Shown: positions 50,675-60,317, numbered from the stretch's first letter. The stretch is 64,000 nucleotides of DNA from Bugula neritina (GCA_964035545.1 OZ037766.1:13134722-13198721), one strand, 5' to 3'. Notes: generated from the sequence alone by a model not told the origin. Translations and numbers: made by a program.

Positions 50675-50778
50675 AGTAGTAGAGGGTGGATGGTCCTGGC
50701 TCACTCTTCTTCCACCGTCGAGTCTTCGACTCGACAGTGTCAGAAGAGCGATCCAGGACGCATCCACCCTCTACTACT
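50675..50778. repeat. terminal 104-nt imperfect palindrome (hairpin)
   Basis: 50-nt arm, TTC loop, 51-nt arm; 5 mismatches and 1 bulge; starts AGTAGT and ends ACTACT. Confidence 0.95.
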
Positions 50779-50784
50779 CTATTA

Positions 50785-50855
50785 GTAATATTATAAAAAA
50801 GTAGTATAATATTATAAAAAGTAGTGTAATATTATAAAAAGTAGTGTAATATTAT
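50785..50855. repeat. subterminal 20-bp tandem repeat (GTAATATTATAAAAAGTAGT)
   Basis: About 3.5 units, each with an internal TAATATTA palindrome. Confidence 0.9.
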
Positions 50856-51007
50856 TTAGAAAAATATTTTTTTATTTTTAAAAAAAATTTTTCTAGGGTG
50901 GATGGTCCTAGCTCACTTCTTTTTTCAAAGAGTGTTATAAGAGTAATTTACTCTATTAGTAATATTATAAGAATTATTGTGAAAATATTTATTCTTATTT
51001 TAGTAGA

Positions 51008-51529
51008 TTATTCGTTAATACTATTATAATAAAGTTTTAAATATACGTAATTAAAAGGTAGTGCATCAGTAGCGAATTCACTCGGTGTATTAACAAGAAT
51101 TACGTCATTAGGTTTATAACTCGGATAATTACTCGAAAGAGCTATTGTAAACGAAAAATTATTATTAGCGTTAACGGTTTTATTAATATTTATTTTACTA
51201 TACGGAACATTATGTTCGGCACCGCTAATAGTATAAAATAAATTTTCTTTAGATTCATCAAATGGGTTTACGCTATTACGAATATGTAAACCTAATTTTT
51301 TATCGGTCCAATATAATTCTTTCGTTTTATTATTAGGTGAACTTTCGTTATAAAATTGTATTAACGCGTGCGTTATTTCTATAGATTTATTGACTAAATA
51401 ATCATTAATTAAATCTACCGTAAAGCTATTAATATCTTCGTAATAATAAAATTCGTGTTTAGGTATAATACTCGTAATATACGCTTTATTAGTCGTTATA
51501 TCGACTTTACTAAATTTATAAATATTCAT
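51008..51529 (-). CDS. Polinton beta-rich protein, paralog 2 (candidate fiber/receptor-binding)
   Basis: 173 aa; shares TKELYWTDK, YPS.KP.DVIL and ALPF.YV..KLYYN with 51526-52044; function inferred only. Confidence 0.75.
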   Translation of the reverse strand: MNIYKFSKVDITTNKAYITSIIPKHEFYYYEDINSFTVDLINDYLVNKSIEITHALIQFYNESSPNNKTKELYWTDKKLGLHIRNSVNPFDESKENLFYTISGAEHNVPYSKININKTVNANNNFSFTIALSSNYPSYKPNDVILVNTPSEFATDALPFNYVYLKLYYNSINE

Positions 51530-52044
51530 TTATAATTATAATAAAGTTTTACTAATACGTAATGAAAAGGTAATGCCGCGGCGGTTATTTCGCTAGCTGG
51601 AGTATCGGTTAAAATTACGTCGCTAGGTTTATGACTAGGATAAGTTTTTGATAACACCATTGTTAATTTAAAATTTTTATTAGCTTCAATAATTTTATTA
51701 GCGTTTATTTCGCTAAACGGAAGATTATGTTCGCCACCGCTTATATCATAAAAAGTATTTTCATTGGCTCCACTGAATATTTCAGCGCTATTTCTAACGT
51801 GTAAGCCTATTCGTTTATCAGTCCAATAAAGTTCTTTAGTATTATGAGCTTGTTCACCGTAAAATTGTACTAATATATTCGTTATTTCAATCGGTTCATC
51901 GATTAAAAAATCTTTAACTAACGTAGCAATAAATCCTTCGGGATGATACGTAAATTCTGATGGAATTATGATCTTTGTAATATATGGTTTTTCATTTATT
52001 ATAGTGGCTTTAGCCGAATTTCCAAAAATATATACCGAACTCAT
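51526..52044 (-). CDS. Polinton beta-rich protein, paralog 1 (candidate fiber/receptor-binding)
   Basis: 172 aa; ATGA overlap with paralog 2; N-terminus MSSVYIFG. Confidence 0.75.
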   Translation of the reverse strand: MSSVYIFGNSAKATIINEKPYITKIIIPSEFTYHPEGFIATLVKDFLIDEPIEITNILVQFYGEQAHNTKELYWTDKRIGLHVRNSAEIFSGANENTFYDISGGEHNLPFSEINANKIIEANKNFKLTMVLSKTYPSHKPSDVILTDTPASEITAAALPFHYVLVKLYYNYK

Positions 52045-52446
52045 TTATATTAGTAAATTATTTATAATTAATTGAGGCGTTTCGCGTTTAGACATTTCTT
52101 TAAGCCAATATAAACACAAGTGTCCGCATATAACTGTACCGAATTCTTGTACTCGTTCCGTATTATAAAATACTGGCCCTTTTAAATATTTCATTATTTC
52201 TAAAGGAGGATGTAATCCAAAACTATCGAAATAATATTTTTTATTTCCATTTTTGTACCACGCTACCCAATGAGTGCCGTTACCCATTAAATCGTCTAAA
52301 TTTAATATGCCACACTCTTTTTTACGCGATACATTGGGTAAATTATTCCTCGAGAATACTCCTCTAAAACGCGGTATTTTTAATTTTTTAATAGCGAACT
52401 CTAATTCAATATTCGAAAGAGCTTTATTTTCTAACTTTATACTCAT
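52045..52446 (-). CDS. adenain-like cysteine maturation protease
   Basis: ILNLDD...GTHWVA, YFDSFG, Q....ICGHLCLY give a complete His-Asp-Gln-Cys set. Confidence 0.93.
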   Translation of the reverse strand: MSIKLENKALSNIELEFAIKKLKIPRFRGVFSRNNLPNVSRKKECGILNLDDLMGNGTHWVAWYKNGNKKYYFDSFGLHPPLEIMKYLKGPVFYNTERVQEFGTVICGHLCLYWLKEMSKRETPQLIINNLLI

Positions 52447-55400
52447 TTATATATAGCCGTATGGAACCGTAGTTATTCCGTCTTCGAGTATTACCCTTTT
52501 ATCATCCTCGGCCGACAGAGCTACTTTATTTATAGTCTCAGCGTACATCGTATGCTTATGACTTCTTAGTACATTCATTGCCCTATGCTGATCTTTTCTA
52601 GTAATAAGACAATTATAATAATCGTTAAACGTTATACGATTATTACGAGTACTCTTATTAATACCCTTACATTTTTTTTCTTCTATACTATCCATTTTGT
52701 AAGAGTACAATTTAGCCCTTAATCCGACAAATTCAGTAATTTGTTTTCCGCCGGCTTCGTCTTTAAACTTACCTATTACTTTTTTATTTTTACCGGTTGG
52801 TATACCCGATTTATGATTTTCAGGATAATTACTCGTGTCGAATTTATTTTTGACGTCCGGAGTAATATCCTTATAAAAGTCTTCAGTTTTTACGTGATAC
52901 ATTAAGCTGTCCGTATCCGTAAATAGCAACTGAGCCTTATTACCATATTTTGGTTTAATATATTCGTAATGAAACTCGTACATAAGGATTTTGCTAATAT
53001 CTAATATAGCCGCTCCCAAATATACGGGTTTATCAAATTTTAATTTAGTCACGTTCGTATGAACGGCTACTAAATTTTCGGAAAATATAGTGAAGCTTTT
53101 AAAGTTTGGTTGATTAGTAAACTTTTTAGCTTCATTTTCGCTAGTAACCAACTTAACGTTGACTCTATTGCGAATATCTTCCATAGTTTTACCGAACACG
53201 GAATTATTCATTAGCTTAAAGAAATCTTTTTCAAAATCGCTTTTAGCTAATGTTCTTAGTTCGGTATTTAATTTAATATATTTTTTTAATTTATTAGATT
53301 CGTCGAAGGTTATACCTCTATGAATCTTCGTTATTTTTAATCCGCGTATAACGCATTCTTTCAGCATTTCGTAATGTAATATATAATTTTTTTTATTATT
53401 TAAATTTGGCACTAATTTTTCCACTTTATTAATTATTAGCCTTTCAGGGCAGAGTGGATAATCCTTATGAGAGTCGTGTAATTCTTTAGGATATTCCAAA
53501 TCCACTTCCAAAAAGCTAGGCGGAAAGTCTAAAGTTTTTTCCAAACTTTTACACCGCTTTTCGGTCATCCACTTAAAATTACCCGTAGGTAATTTTTGAG
53601 TCATAGACCAACCGTATAAGTTATTAGCGTCTAAATACATGATATAACTACTAGGTTCTTTAGGATTATAATTTTCCATATACTTATTATTAGCTTTAGC
53701 GTATCTATGACTAATCATACTTACACCGCCCCTAATAGCCTTTTCAAAGAAAAGTAGTTGGTCAATATCCGTAATAGGGTCTAGCTCTAATTCAGTAGTT
53801 TTAAGCATGGCATCCCACGACAAGCCTGGAGCCGTATAGTACCAAGCGGGATCTAGCTTATAGTGTTCGAGGCAAACGTTTCTAAAGTTTTCAAAAACGT
53901 CCGCCAGCTGCAACACGTCGCTTTTTAAATATAGATTATGGTATTCTCTAAACGTTTCCATTTTAAATTCCCTCCAAACGTTTTGAGCGTGTTCATAATC
54001 TTCTTCGCTTATATTACTCTCGGTTAAACTCGAGTAAAATTTTTCTTTAGGCGGTAAACATTTTTCATCCAATACGTTTATATTGTTGAAATAATCGTAC
54101 GGAAATACTCCTTTTCTTAATACTAAGTCTAATCGTTTTTCCGTATAATGTTCGCCCAAGTGTTTAAAGTCGTCGCGCTTTAAATTCGCTACTAAGCTCG
54201 CCAAGCTAGAACTCATAAACTTATACGAGTCTAAAAAGCGAATTTCGCGCGTGACTTTAATATTTTTATCGTCTTTAGTAAATTCGTCTACTAATAACTT
54301 TTTACTAAACGATATATATTTTTCCTCGGTGTTGGGTATACAAGAAATTTCACCGCCCAAGTTTTTAATAAACAAGTGGGCGTCGTAACCCGACAAATTG
54401 TGTATAAACACCGGATAAAATTTCGGAAGCTTATAATTTAAATTACAATTTTTATGAGCGGCTCCTCTATAGTTTCCGGTTAAGTGACAATGATCTCTCA
54501 CTTTATCACCACTTAATTTTTCTTCGCATATATAACAAATTTCGGCTAATTCGAAAGACTTTTGTTCGCTAGCCGTAATTGTCATGCGTTTAGGAAACTT
54601 GTGCTCGTTATACAAGTTTTTAATGTCGAATTCTAACAGCCTTATAAACTGTTCGCCGACATTTTCATCCTTGGTTTCTTTAGTGTAACTTCTATAATTA
54701 CACTCGCCGGTAATGCTTACGATATAATATCCAAAGCCCGACGGTTCGTGCTGTTGATATTGATTAGTATAGCTTTCTTGAGAATTAGGCTGACAACCTT
54801 GTATAGGCTTTGTAAAACATTCAAAGTCCGCGTATACCACAAACGGCACTCGCATGCTACGACAATGATGACTAGATTGAAATTTTATTTTATCTTCTAA
54901 TTTTGGAAATGTCGTAGTCACGCTATCGTTTTTTAAGCACCAATCTTGATGCTTTTTTAAAGATTCGTTAGATCGAAACGAATTCATACAATTTACGCAA
55001 ATATGTTTAGCGCTAACGCGTTTATTTATTTGCGAACCGAGTAATTTATTTAAATTTTTAATATACGTATAATGATTTTTTTCGCCATCGGTTATATAAA
55101 GTAAATTTATAATTTTATTCTGACCGCTAGTTTTTCTCCATAAATTTATCGTTTTACTGTCCCACATAAATACATTAATTCCTATTGAGGGATTAACTTT
55201 TTCGAAAGCGTTGATGGATTCTTTAGTAGCCGGAAATTCTACTCCTTCCCACGATAATTTATTAACGTGCTCTTTATAATTACTAATTCTTTCAACATTT
55301 TTATTAACCGGATAAACTCCCATTAAAATGGCCCACATAAAGCATTTATCGTCTTTATTTTTTGGATTTATTACGGCTTTTTTTAATTTAATTTCTTTCG

Positions 55401-56103
55401 GAAGATCAATCCACGATGATCCGTTAAGAGGTTGATATTTATTAATATTAATTTCCATTTTTTTAATGGAATTAAACGTCCAACTACTTCCTTTAGCGTT
55501 TAATGAAGCAAAATTTTCTTTTATACGTTCAATTATTTCATCGTATATTTCATTAACATTCGTAGAAGATAATATAATTTCAACGTTTGATGTAAATGGC
55601 ATAGTTTCTATAATAATTTCTCCGGTACTTATATTATGCTTTTTTACTTCGCAATATAAAAATATTTTAGCTTTTATAGTAGGTTTTAATAACTCTAGTA
55701 CGTTTTGTTTTACTAATTTACAAAACGAATCTATATCGTATCCGGGTAAACCTTTAATTTCATAAGTTTGAAACCAACCATTAGCGGCTTGTTCTTTAAG
55801 TTTAGGCTGATTATATAAAGCCATAATTTTATCCTTAATTGGATTTATAATTTTTGCAATTGGCGCTACAATACCCTTAACCCATTTTTTTATATTACGC
55901 GTAGTTTGCGTAAATATTTCACGCATAATTTTTTTCGCGGGTATAGGTATTAACGGGGCTTGTCCTATATTCGGAACGGGTTCGTCCATAGGTGATAATA
56001 GCCGTATAAGTTCGGCTTTTTTTAATCGAGAATATCGTTTCAATCCTCTTTCTTTAGCTAAAGCTTTTAAAGCTTTCACGGTAATTTTTGTATTGAACTC
56101 CAT
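52447..56103 (-). CDS. protein-primed-type family B DNA polymerase with EndoVII/HNH insertion
   Basis: 1218 aa; ExoI YADFEC, ExoII HNLSGYD, ExoIII YLKSDV, Pol motifs YLDANNLYG, KLMNNSVFGK, FTDTDS; CYIC...RDHCHLTGNYRGAAHKNCN insertion. Confidence 0.96.
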   Translation of the reverse strand: MEFNTKITVKALKALAKERGLKRYSRLKKAELIRLLSPMDEPVPNIGQAPLIPIPAKKIMREIFTQTTRNIKKWVKGIVAPIAKIINPIKDKIMALYNQPKLKEQAANGWFQTYEIKGLPGYDIDSFCKLVKQNVLELLKPTIKAKIFLYCEVKKHNISTGEIIIETMPFTSNVEIILSSTNVNEIYDEIIERIKENFASLNAKGSSWTFNSIKKMEININKYQPLNGSSWIDLPKEIKLKKAVINPKNKDDKCFMWAILMGVYPVNKNVERISNYKEHVNKLSWEGVEFPATKESINAFEKVNPSIGINVFMWDSKTINLWRKTSGQNKIINLLYITDGEKNHYTYIKNLNKLLGSQINKRVSAKHICVNCMNSFRSNESLKKHQDWCLKNDSVTTTFPKLEDKIKFQSSHHCRSMRVPFVVYADFECFTKPIQGCQPNSQESYTNQYQQHEPSGFGYYIVSITGECNYRSYTKETKDENVGEQFIRLLEFDIKNLYNEHKFPKRMTITASEQKSFELAEICYICEEKLSGDKVRDHCHLTGNYRGAAHKNCNLNYKLPKFYPVFIHNLSGYDAHLFIKNLGGEISCIPNTEEKYISFSKKLLVDEFTKDDKNIKVTREIRFLDSYKFMSSSLASLVANLKRDDFKHLGEHYTEKRLDLVLRKGVFPYDYFNNINVLDEKCLPPKEKFYSSLTESNISEEDYEHAQNVWREFKMETFREYHNLYLKSDVLQLADVFENFRNVCLEHYKLDPAWYYTAPGLSWDAMLKTTELELDPITDIDQLLFFEKAIRGGVSMISHRYAKANNKYMENYNPKEPSSYIMYLDANNLYGWSMTQKLPTGNFKWMTEKRCKSLEKTLDFPPSFLEVDLEYPKELHDSHKDYPLCPERLIINKVEKLVPNLNNKKNYILHYEMLKECVIRGLKITKIHRGITFDESNKLKKYIKLNTELRTLAKSDFEKDFFKLMNNSVFGKTMEDIRNRVNVKLVTSENEAKKFTNQPNFKSFTIFSENLVAVHTNVTKLKFDKPVYLGAAILDISKILMYEFHYEYIKPKYGNKAQLLFTDTDSLMYHVKTEDFYKDITPDVKNKFDTSNYPENHKSGIPTGKNKKVIGKFKDEAGGKQITEFVGLRAKLYSYKMDSIEEKKCKGINKSTRNNRITFNDYYNCLITRKDQHRAMNVLRSHKHTMYAETINKVALSAEDDKRVILEDGITTVPYGYI

Positions 56104-56184
56104 TTATATATAAAATCTTTAAACTATAAAATCATTTTTTTAATATTATTACTTATGTAAAATAAGTAATAATACTGTAAATTG

Positions 56185-56412
56185 TTATACATTTTTATTT
56201 TCTTCTTTTAGTTTATAAGCTTCGCGTTTTAAAATACTTTTTATATAAAAATATCTATTAATGTTAGGAATTTGTTTTCTCGTTCTAAAATTAATTTCTT
56301 TAAGAGATTTATTATAAATTACTGGTATATATAAATATTCGAGTAACGGTGTATATTTTTTTTGTTCGGTTTCAGCTATTAGTTTATCGAGCAATTCAAC
56401 GGTAAGATCCAT
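56185..56412 (-). CDS. small hypothetical Polinton protein
   Basis: 75 aa ATG ORF fitting the packed gene layout; no motif recognised. Confidence 0.55.
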   Translation of the reverse strand: MDLTVELLDKLIAETEQKKYTPLLEYLYIPVIYNKSLKEINFRTRKQIPNINRYFYIKSILKREAYKLKEENKNV

Positions 56413-56447
56413 ATTATAAAATAATAAAAATCATTTTTTTTATATAA

Positions 56448-56927
56448 ATGGATTTTCGACGAGAAAAATTAGAACTCTTAAACGATGAAATTATTAAATT
56501 AGAAAACGAATACGAGCAAAAACTTAATCGTTTTAATTGGTTATCGAAATCGTTAAAAATAATTTCGGGATTATGCGGTACAACGAATTTAATATGCGGC
56601 GTCATTATTACGGCGTTATTAAACGCTAACGTTACTAAACAAACGTTATTACCATTATCTATAATAGTAAGTATAATGAGCGTAATTACTACTTCTATTT
56701 CTTCTCAAGATACTAAATTAATTAAATCTACGTTAATGTATTTAGATATATATACCTTTATAAAAGATTCAAAATTAGAAATTAATTCTATGCTATCAAA
56801 ATTTTTAAACGACTCTCATATAGATGAACGAGAGTACGACGCTATAACCGAAAAATATAAAAATATTAATAACGTAATAGCGGATAAAAAAAGCGACATA
56901 ATAGTCGCTCGTAACAACGTTTGTTAA
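56448..56927 (+). CDS. Polinton membrane protein with two hydrophobic segments
   Basis: 159 aa; charged helical N-terminus, two hydrophobic stretches, ATAAATG start. Confidence 0.75.
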   Translation: MDFRREKLELLNDEIIKLENEYEQKLNRFNWLSKSLKIISGLCGTTNLICGVIITALLNANVTKQTLLPLSIIVSIMSVITTSISSQDTKLIKSTLMYLDIYTFIKDSKLEINSMLSKFLNDSHIDEREYDAITEKYKNINNVIADKKSDIIVARNNVC

Positions 56928-57365
56928 TTACTTGCAAAATGCAATTAATTAAAAAAGGAAGTTCAATATAAAAATATCCGTATATTTATATACGTTTTCT
57001 TTAACTATCATTTCTTCTTTTTTCTATTTCGTCTTCGGCGTATTTTAGTTTAGTAAAGAATGACGGTATTCTAGCCGTCATTAAACCTACGTTAAGTTCT
57101 TGAATTATTTCTTTAGTTTTGTAAATAGTTTTTATTTTTAATTTTCCATCATTTTCTTTATAAATAATTTCTTTTTTATTATTATAAGTAATTTCTTCGA
57201 GTAATCCGCATTCGTTAGACGTCGTCTAATATATTAAATTTTTTATATATAATTCTTTCTTTAATATCACCGCCTTCGTATACTCGTTTTTCACAATCAT
57301 TATTTTTATATATCGTTTCGGTAATCGGGGTGCTTATAAGTAATTATTGTTGATGTTTTCTTTAA

Positions 57366-57935
57366 CTATAACAGCATGCCTAAAAGAGGAATGTTTTTAA
57401 ACGGACTATTCGGACCTAAAATTAAACCTTCGCCTTTTATATAGCTAGAACCTTGTTTTAAATATAAACCGTTACCCTTCATTAAATTAGACGACGCGAC
57501 TGGTTTTAAAGTAATAGAACCGTTTAAATTAGGTTCTACGGAACATACGCATCCGCCTTTTTTCAAATAAAGACCTTTACCTTTAATAGCTCTTTCGACT
57601 CCCGCGCTAGCGGCTCCCGAAAGTACGCCGGGTATAATAGTTTTTAATAGCGTAGGTATTACTCTCGTGGCTATACCCAATAGAGCTCCTAAAAATCCTC
57701 CGCTCATTGACGCGTTAGTTTTTACTAACGACGGAGACATTTCGAGCGTTATATTTTTTTTATTCGCGTTTAACGCTTTTAAAATATTATCGTTTTGCGT
57801 TTTCGTAACGAGTAGTTTATCGTTTCCGCTTTCGAGAGGCAATTTAATAACGCAACCCTTACCGCTTCTATAAGCGTTCATTATTTTTTGTTTTTGCGCC
57901 TGCGGCACGTTTCCTATAATTTCGCAATAACCCAT
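57366..57935 (-). CDS. basic virion core protein precursor
   Basis: 189 aa, Lys/Gly-rich; MSGG|F, IKGK|G, MKGN|G, IKGE|G match the adenovirus protease consensus. Confidence 0.75.
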   Translation of the reverse strand: MGYCEIIGNVPQAQKQKIMNAYRSGKGCVIKLPLESGNDKLLVTKTQNDNILKALNANKKNITLEMSPSLVKTNASMSGGFLGALLGIATRVIPTLLKTIIPGVLSGAASAGVERAIKGKGLYLKKGGCVCSVEPNLNGSITLKPVASSNLMKGNGLYLKQGSSYIKGEGLILGPNSPFKNIPLLGMLL

Positions 57936-57947
57936 TTATATAATACA

Positions 57948-58706
57948 TTAAACTTCTCTTAAATGAAATCTTATCGAAAGTTGTTCGCCGCTAAGATCTA
58001 ATAAATTACCTTTTTGATCGGTTACCGTAACGGTTAACGTCTTAATATATTTAACGTGAACGGGTAAGTATATTAGATTATGAGGTTTTTCTATTATTTT
58101 ATATCCCGGACTAACGCTCGGAAAAAATGAATAAATAACGGGTTTATAAGTACCATCGATATAACTTCCGTTAATACAATCAACTTGTACGTGTATAGCG
58201 TTTATATTTAAAATATTTACTATGTTCGTAGCTTCGATATAAGGTTGATTGTATATCGCCGCGTCAAAACCTAAAACGTCTCTTAGAGAATTTTCAACGT
58301 TAAAATCTATTTGGTAATTTGGTTTTAATTTAAGTATAATTCTAAAAGTTACTTTATTAGCTTGCAAAGTAATACCGTTTCTATTACCCCCCTCTTTTAC
58401 TATTTCGTCTTGAATAGCTTCTTCTAGTTGATCTAATTCGTACACTCCGACTGGTAATGAAACTAAATGCCACGTAGTACCACCGTCTTTAGACCATCTA
58501 TAGGAATTTCTATCGGTACTAATGTTTGGAAAAGAATAAAACGTATCCAAACTAATAAGACACATTTCGTATTTTTTATTTTTATTTAATTCTATAGGCG
58601 GATTAAGTTGAGTAATTATTCTCGTTTTAGTATCGGTAACTCCTATAGTCATCGTTTGTTTAGAGGCCGTATTATCAGCAATTTCTCTTAAAATTCTATT
58701 ATCCAT
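57948..58706 (-). CDS. minor capsid protein (penton, single jelly roll)
   Basis: 252 aa directly after the MCP; LNPPIEL, YSFPNI, LP.G.YE, P..LIYLPV, VTDQKG.LLDL.GE...IRFHL typical of Polinton mCP. Confidence 0.88.
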   Translation of the reverse strand: MDNRILREIADNTASKQTMTIGVTDTKTRIITQLNPPIELNKNKKYEMCLISLDTFYSFPNISTDRNSYRWSKDGGTTWHLVSLPVGVYELDQLEEAIQDEIVKEGGNRNGITLQANKVTFRIILKLKPNYQIDFNVENSLRDVLGFDAAIYNQPYIEATNIVNILNINAIHVQVDCINGSYIDGTYKPVIYSFFPSVSPGYKIIEKPHNLIYLPVHVKYIKTLTVTVTDQKGNLLDLSGEQLSIRFHLREV

Positions 58707-59981
58707 TTATATAACTTTTAAATTATTTCCATCGGAACTGAGAGACATAGTTTTATCCGATAAAATTAGCGCGTAAGCTTGAGTATTAGCCGGTACATTT
58801 TGACTAAACTGAACTCTCAATTGAATATCGGCTACGCTACTTTTAAGAGCCTCGCTTTGCTTACTAACGTCTATTACGAACAAAGCGTAAAGATCTTTAT
58901 ATTCCGAAGGTAATACGTTTGAATAAGCGATTAGCTCGTTTATACCGTAATATTCTCCGCAAAACTTAGAAGCGTCTCCGTACACTCTACTAAATTTCAT
59001 TTTAGCAAAATCTATATCGTAATCGACTTCGGGATACCGCTCGCTATTTAACATCGCGTATATACTTTTAACGTTAACGTGATCGAATATGGCCGGATTA
59101 GTCGTTTGACTTTCATTCTTACCCGTTTGAAAACCTATAATAATATATTTAGGTTTTTCGGTATCTCCTCTAGAACCCAAACGCCACGTAAAGTTTGTAG
59201 TTTGCGGCACCGCGATACTATCACACCATCTAGATCTATAAATTAGGGGTAGTTCCGTCTTACTCTCTATAATTTTATAGAGTTTATGCTTCATTTCAAA
59301 ACTAGGCGTTACGTGAGGCATCCACCACGATACTTTATCCAACGTTATTTTTCCCGCGTCTACGCCGTTTGCTCTATAAATAGCGTTATCGTTAGTATCG
59401 CGTACGAGAGTGAGTTGATGTTTTATACCGTACAAAACTTTTTCATAATCGTCGGCGAATCCGAACAAATGTCTAAGATCTACTTTAATACTAAAAGTAC
59501 CTTTAGGATCCGGCTTTTGTATAATATAAATTTGACGCGCGTTAAAACCTAAATTAGCGGCGGCAGCGGCTGCGGTAGTATCTTTTGACCACAACTGATT
59601 AAGACCTCTCGACTTACCGTAATCGTCGGGATAAGTTAGTAAACCCATCATGGTCGAAGCGTGTCCGGGATTATTTATATATTCCAAGTCGTGTCCGTCG
59701 AGTTGATATCTAATACTTTTAAACAAATAAGCCATACCGTTATTCGTTAGCGTTACTAAGTCGGCGTCGGCGTAAGCGGTTCCATCGGCTTTAGTTAAAC
59801 GACCTTCGATAATCAAATAACTTTTACTCGGCTGAACGTACAAATCTTGCTGATTAATAACTATTCTAATTTCGCCGGGATTATTTAAATTCGTTCCCGT
59901 TACGGGTTCGTATTCGTGTACCTGATCGCGTTCTACGCTCGTATCGAGTACAATTTTTTGTGTAATGTTCAGAGAATCCAT
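58707..59981 (-). CDS. major capsid protein (double jelly roll)
   Basis: 424 aa beta-rich; LNNPGEIRIVI.QQD....PS.SYL.IEG, LFGFADDY.K, EKPKYIIIGFQT, LNSERYP, LFVIDVSKQ. Confidence 0.9.
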   Translation of the reverse strand: MDSLNITQKIVLDTSVERDQVHEYEPVTGTNLNNPGEIRIVINQQDLYVQPSKSYLIIEGRLTKADGTAYADADLVTLTNNGMAYLFKSIRYQLDGHDLEYINNPGHASTMMGLLTYPDDYGKSRGLNQLWSKDTTAAAAAANLGFNARQIYIIQKPDPKGTFSIKVDLRHLFGFADDYEKVLYGIKHQLTLVRDTNDNAIYRANGVDAGKITLDKVSWWMPHVTPSFEMKHKLYKIIESKTELPLIYRSRWCDSIAVPQTTNFTWRLGSRGDTEKPKYIIIGFQTGKNESQTTNPAIFDHVNVKSIYAMLNSERYPEVDYDIDFAKMKFSRVYGDASKFCGEYYGINELIAYSNVLPSEYKDLYALFVIDVSKQSEALKSSVADIQLRVQFSQNVPANTQAYALILSDKTMSLSSDGNNLKVI

Positions 59982-60002
59982 TTATTATAGTAAAATAATT
60001 TC

Positions 60003-60314
60003 TTAATAAGCTATAGCTTGTCCGCTTCCTTCTAAAATATTACTTATATTACTATTATTTAATATATTTTTAGTTTGATTAAGCTTTTGTAGTATAGCTT
60101 GACTTTTAGCGTTTAACTTTTTTTGTCTTCTTTTTTTAATCGCGTTAACAATTTTTTCACCGGCCGCGGTACCCGCTTTAGCTATAGCCTTTTTACCTAA
60201 TTCTCTTACGCTGGAATTACTAGCTATTTTAGTTACTACATTTCTAATGGTATCAAATATTCCACCACCGGCGTAGTGTCTTTGTAATCGTTGTCTTTTA
60301 TCGTAAACGTACAT
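60003..60314 (-). CDS. small basic core/membrane-active protein precursor
   Basis: 103 aa; YAGG|G site followed by amphipathic GIFDTIRNVVTKIAS; KKRRQKK; C-terminal LEGS|G. Confidence 0.7.
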   Translation of the reverse strand: MYVYDKRQRLQRHYAGGGIFDTIRNVVTKIASNSSVRELGKKAIAKAGTAAGEKIVNAIKKRRQKKLNAKSQAILQKLNQTKNILNNSNISNILEGSGQAIAY

Positions 60315-60317
60315 TTA

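Noticed and set aside
56930-57365. additional small Polinton genes
   Set aside because: Only short interrupted minus-strand frames without a clean start; cannot be supported.
52274-59552. short antisense ORFs at 52274, 55466, 56414, 57667 and 59286
   Set aside because: They overlap well-supported genes on the opposite strand, lack the ATAAATG context and show no motifs.
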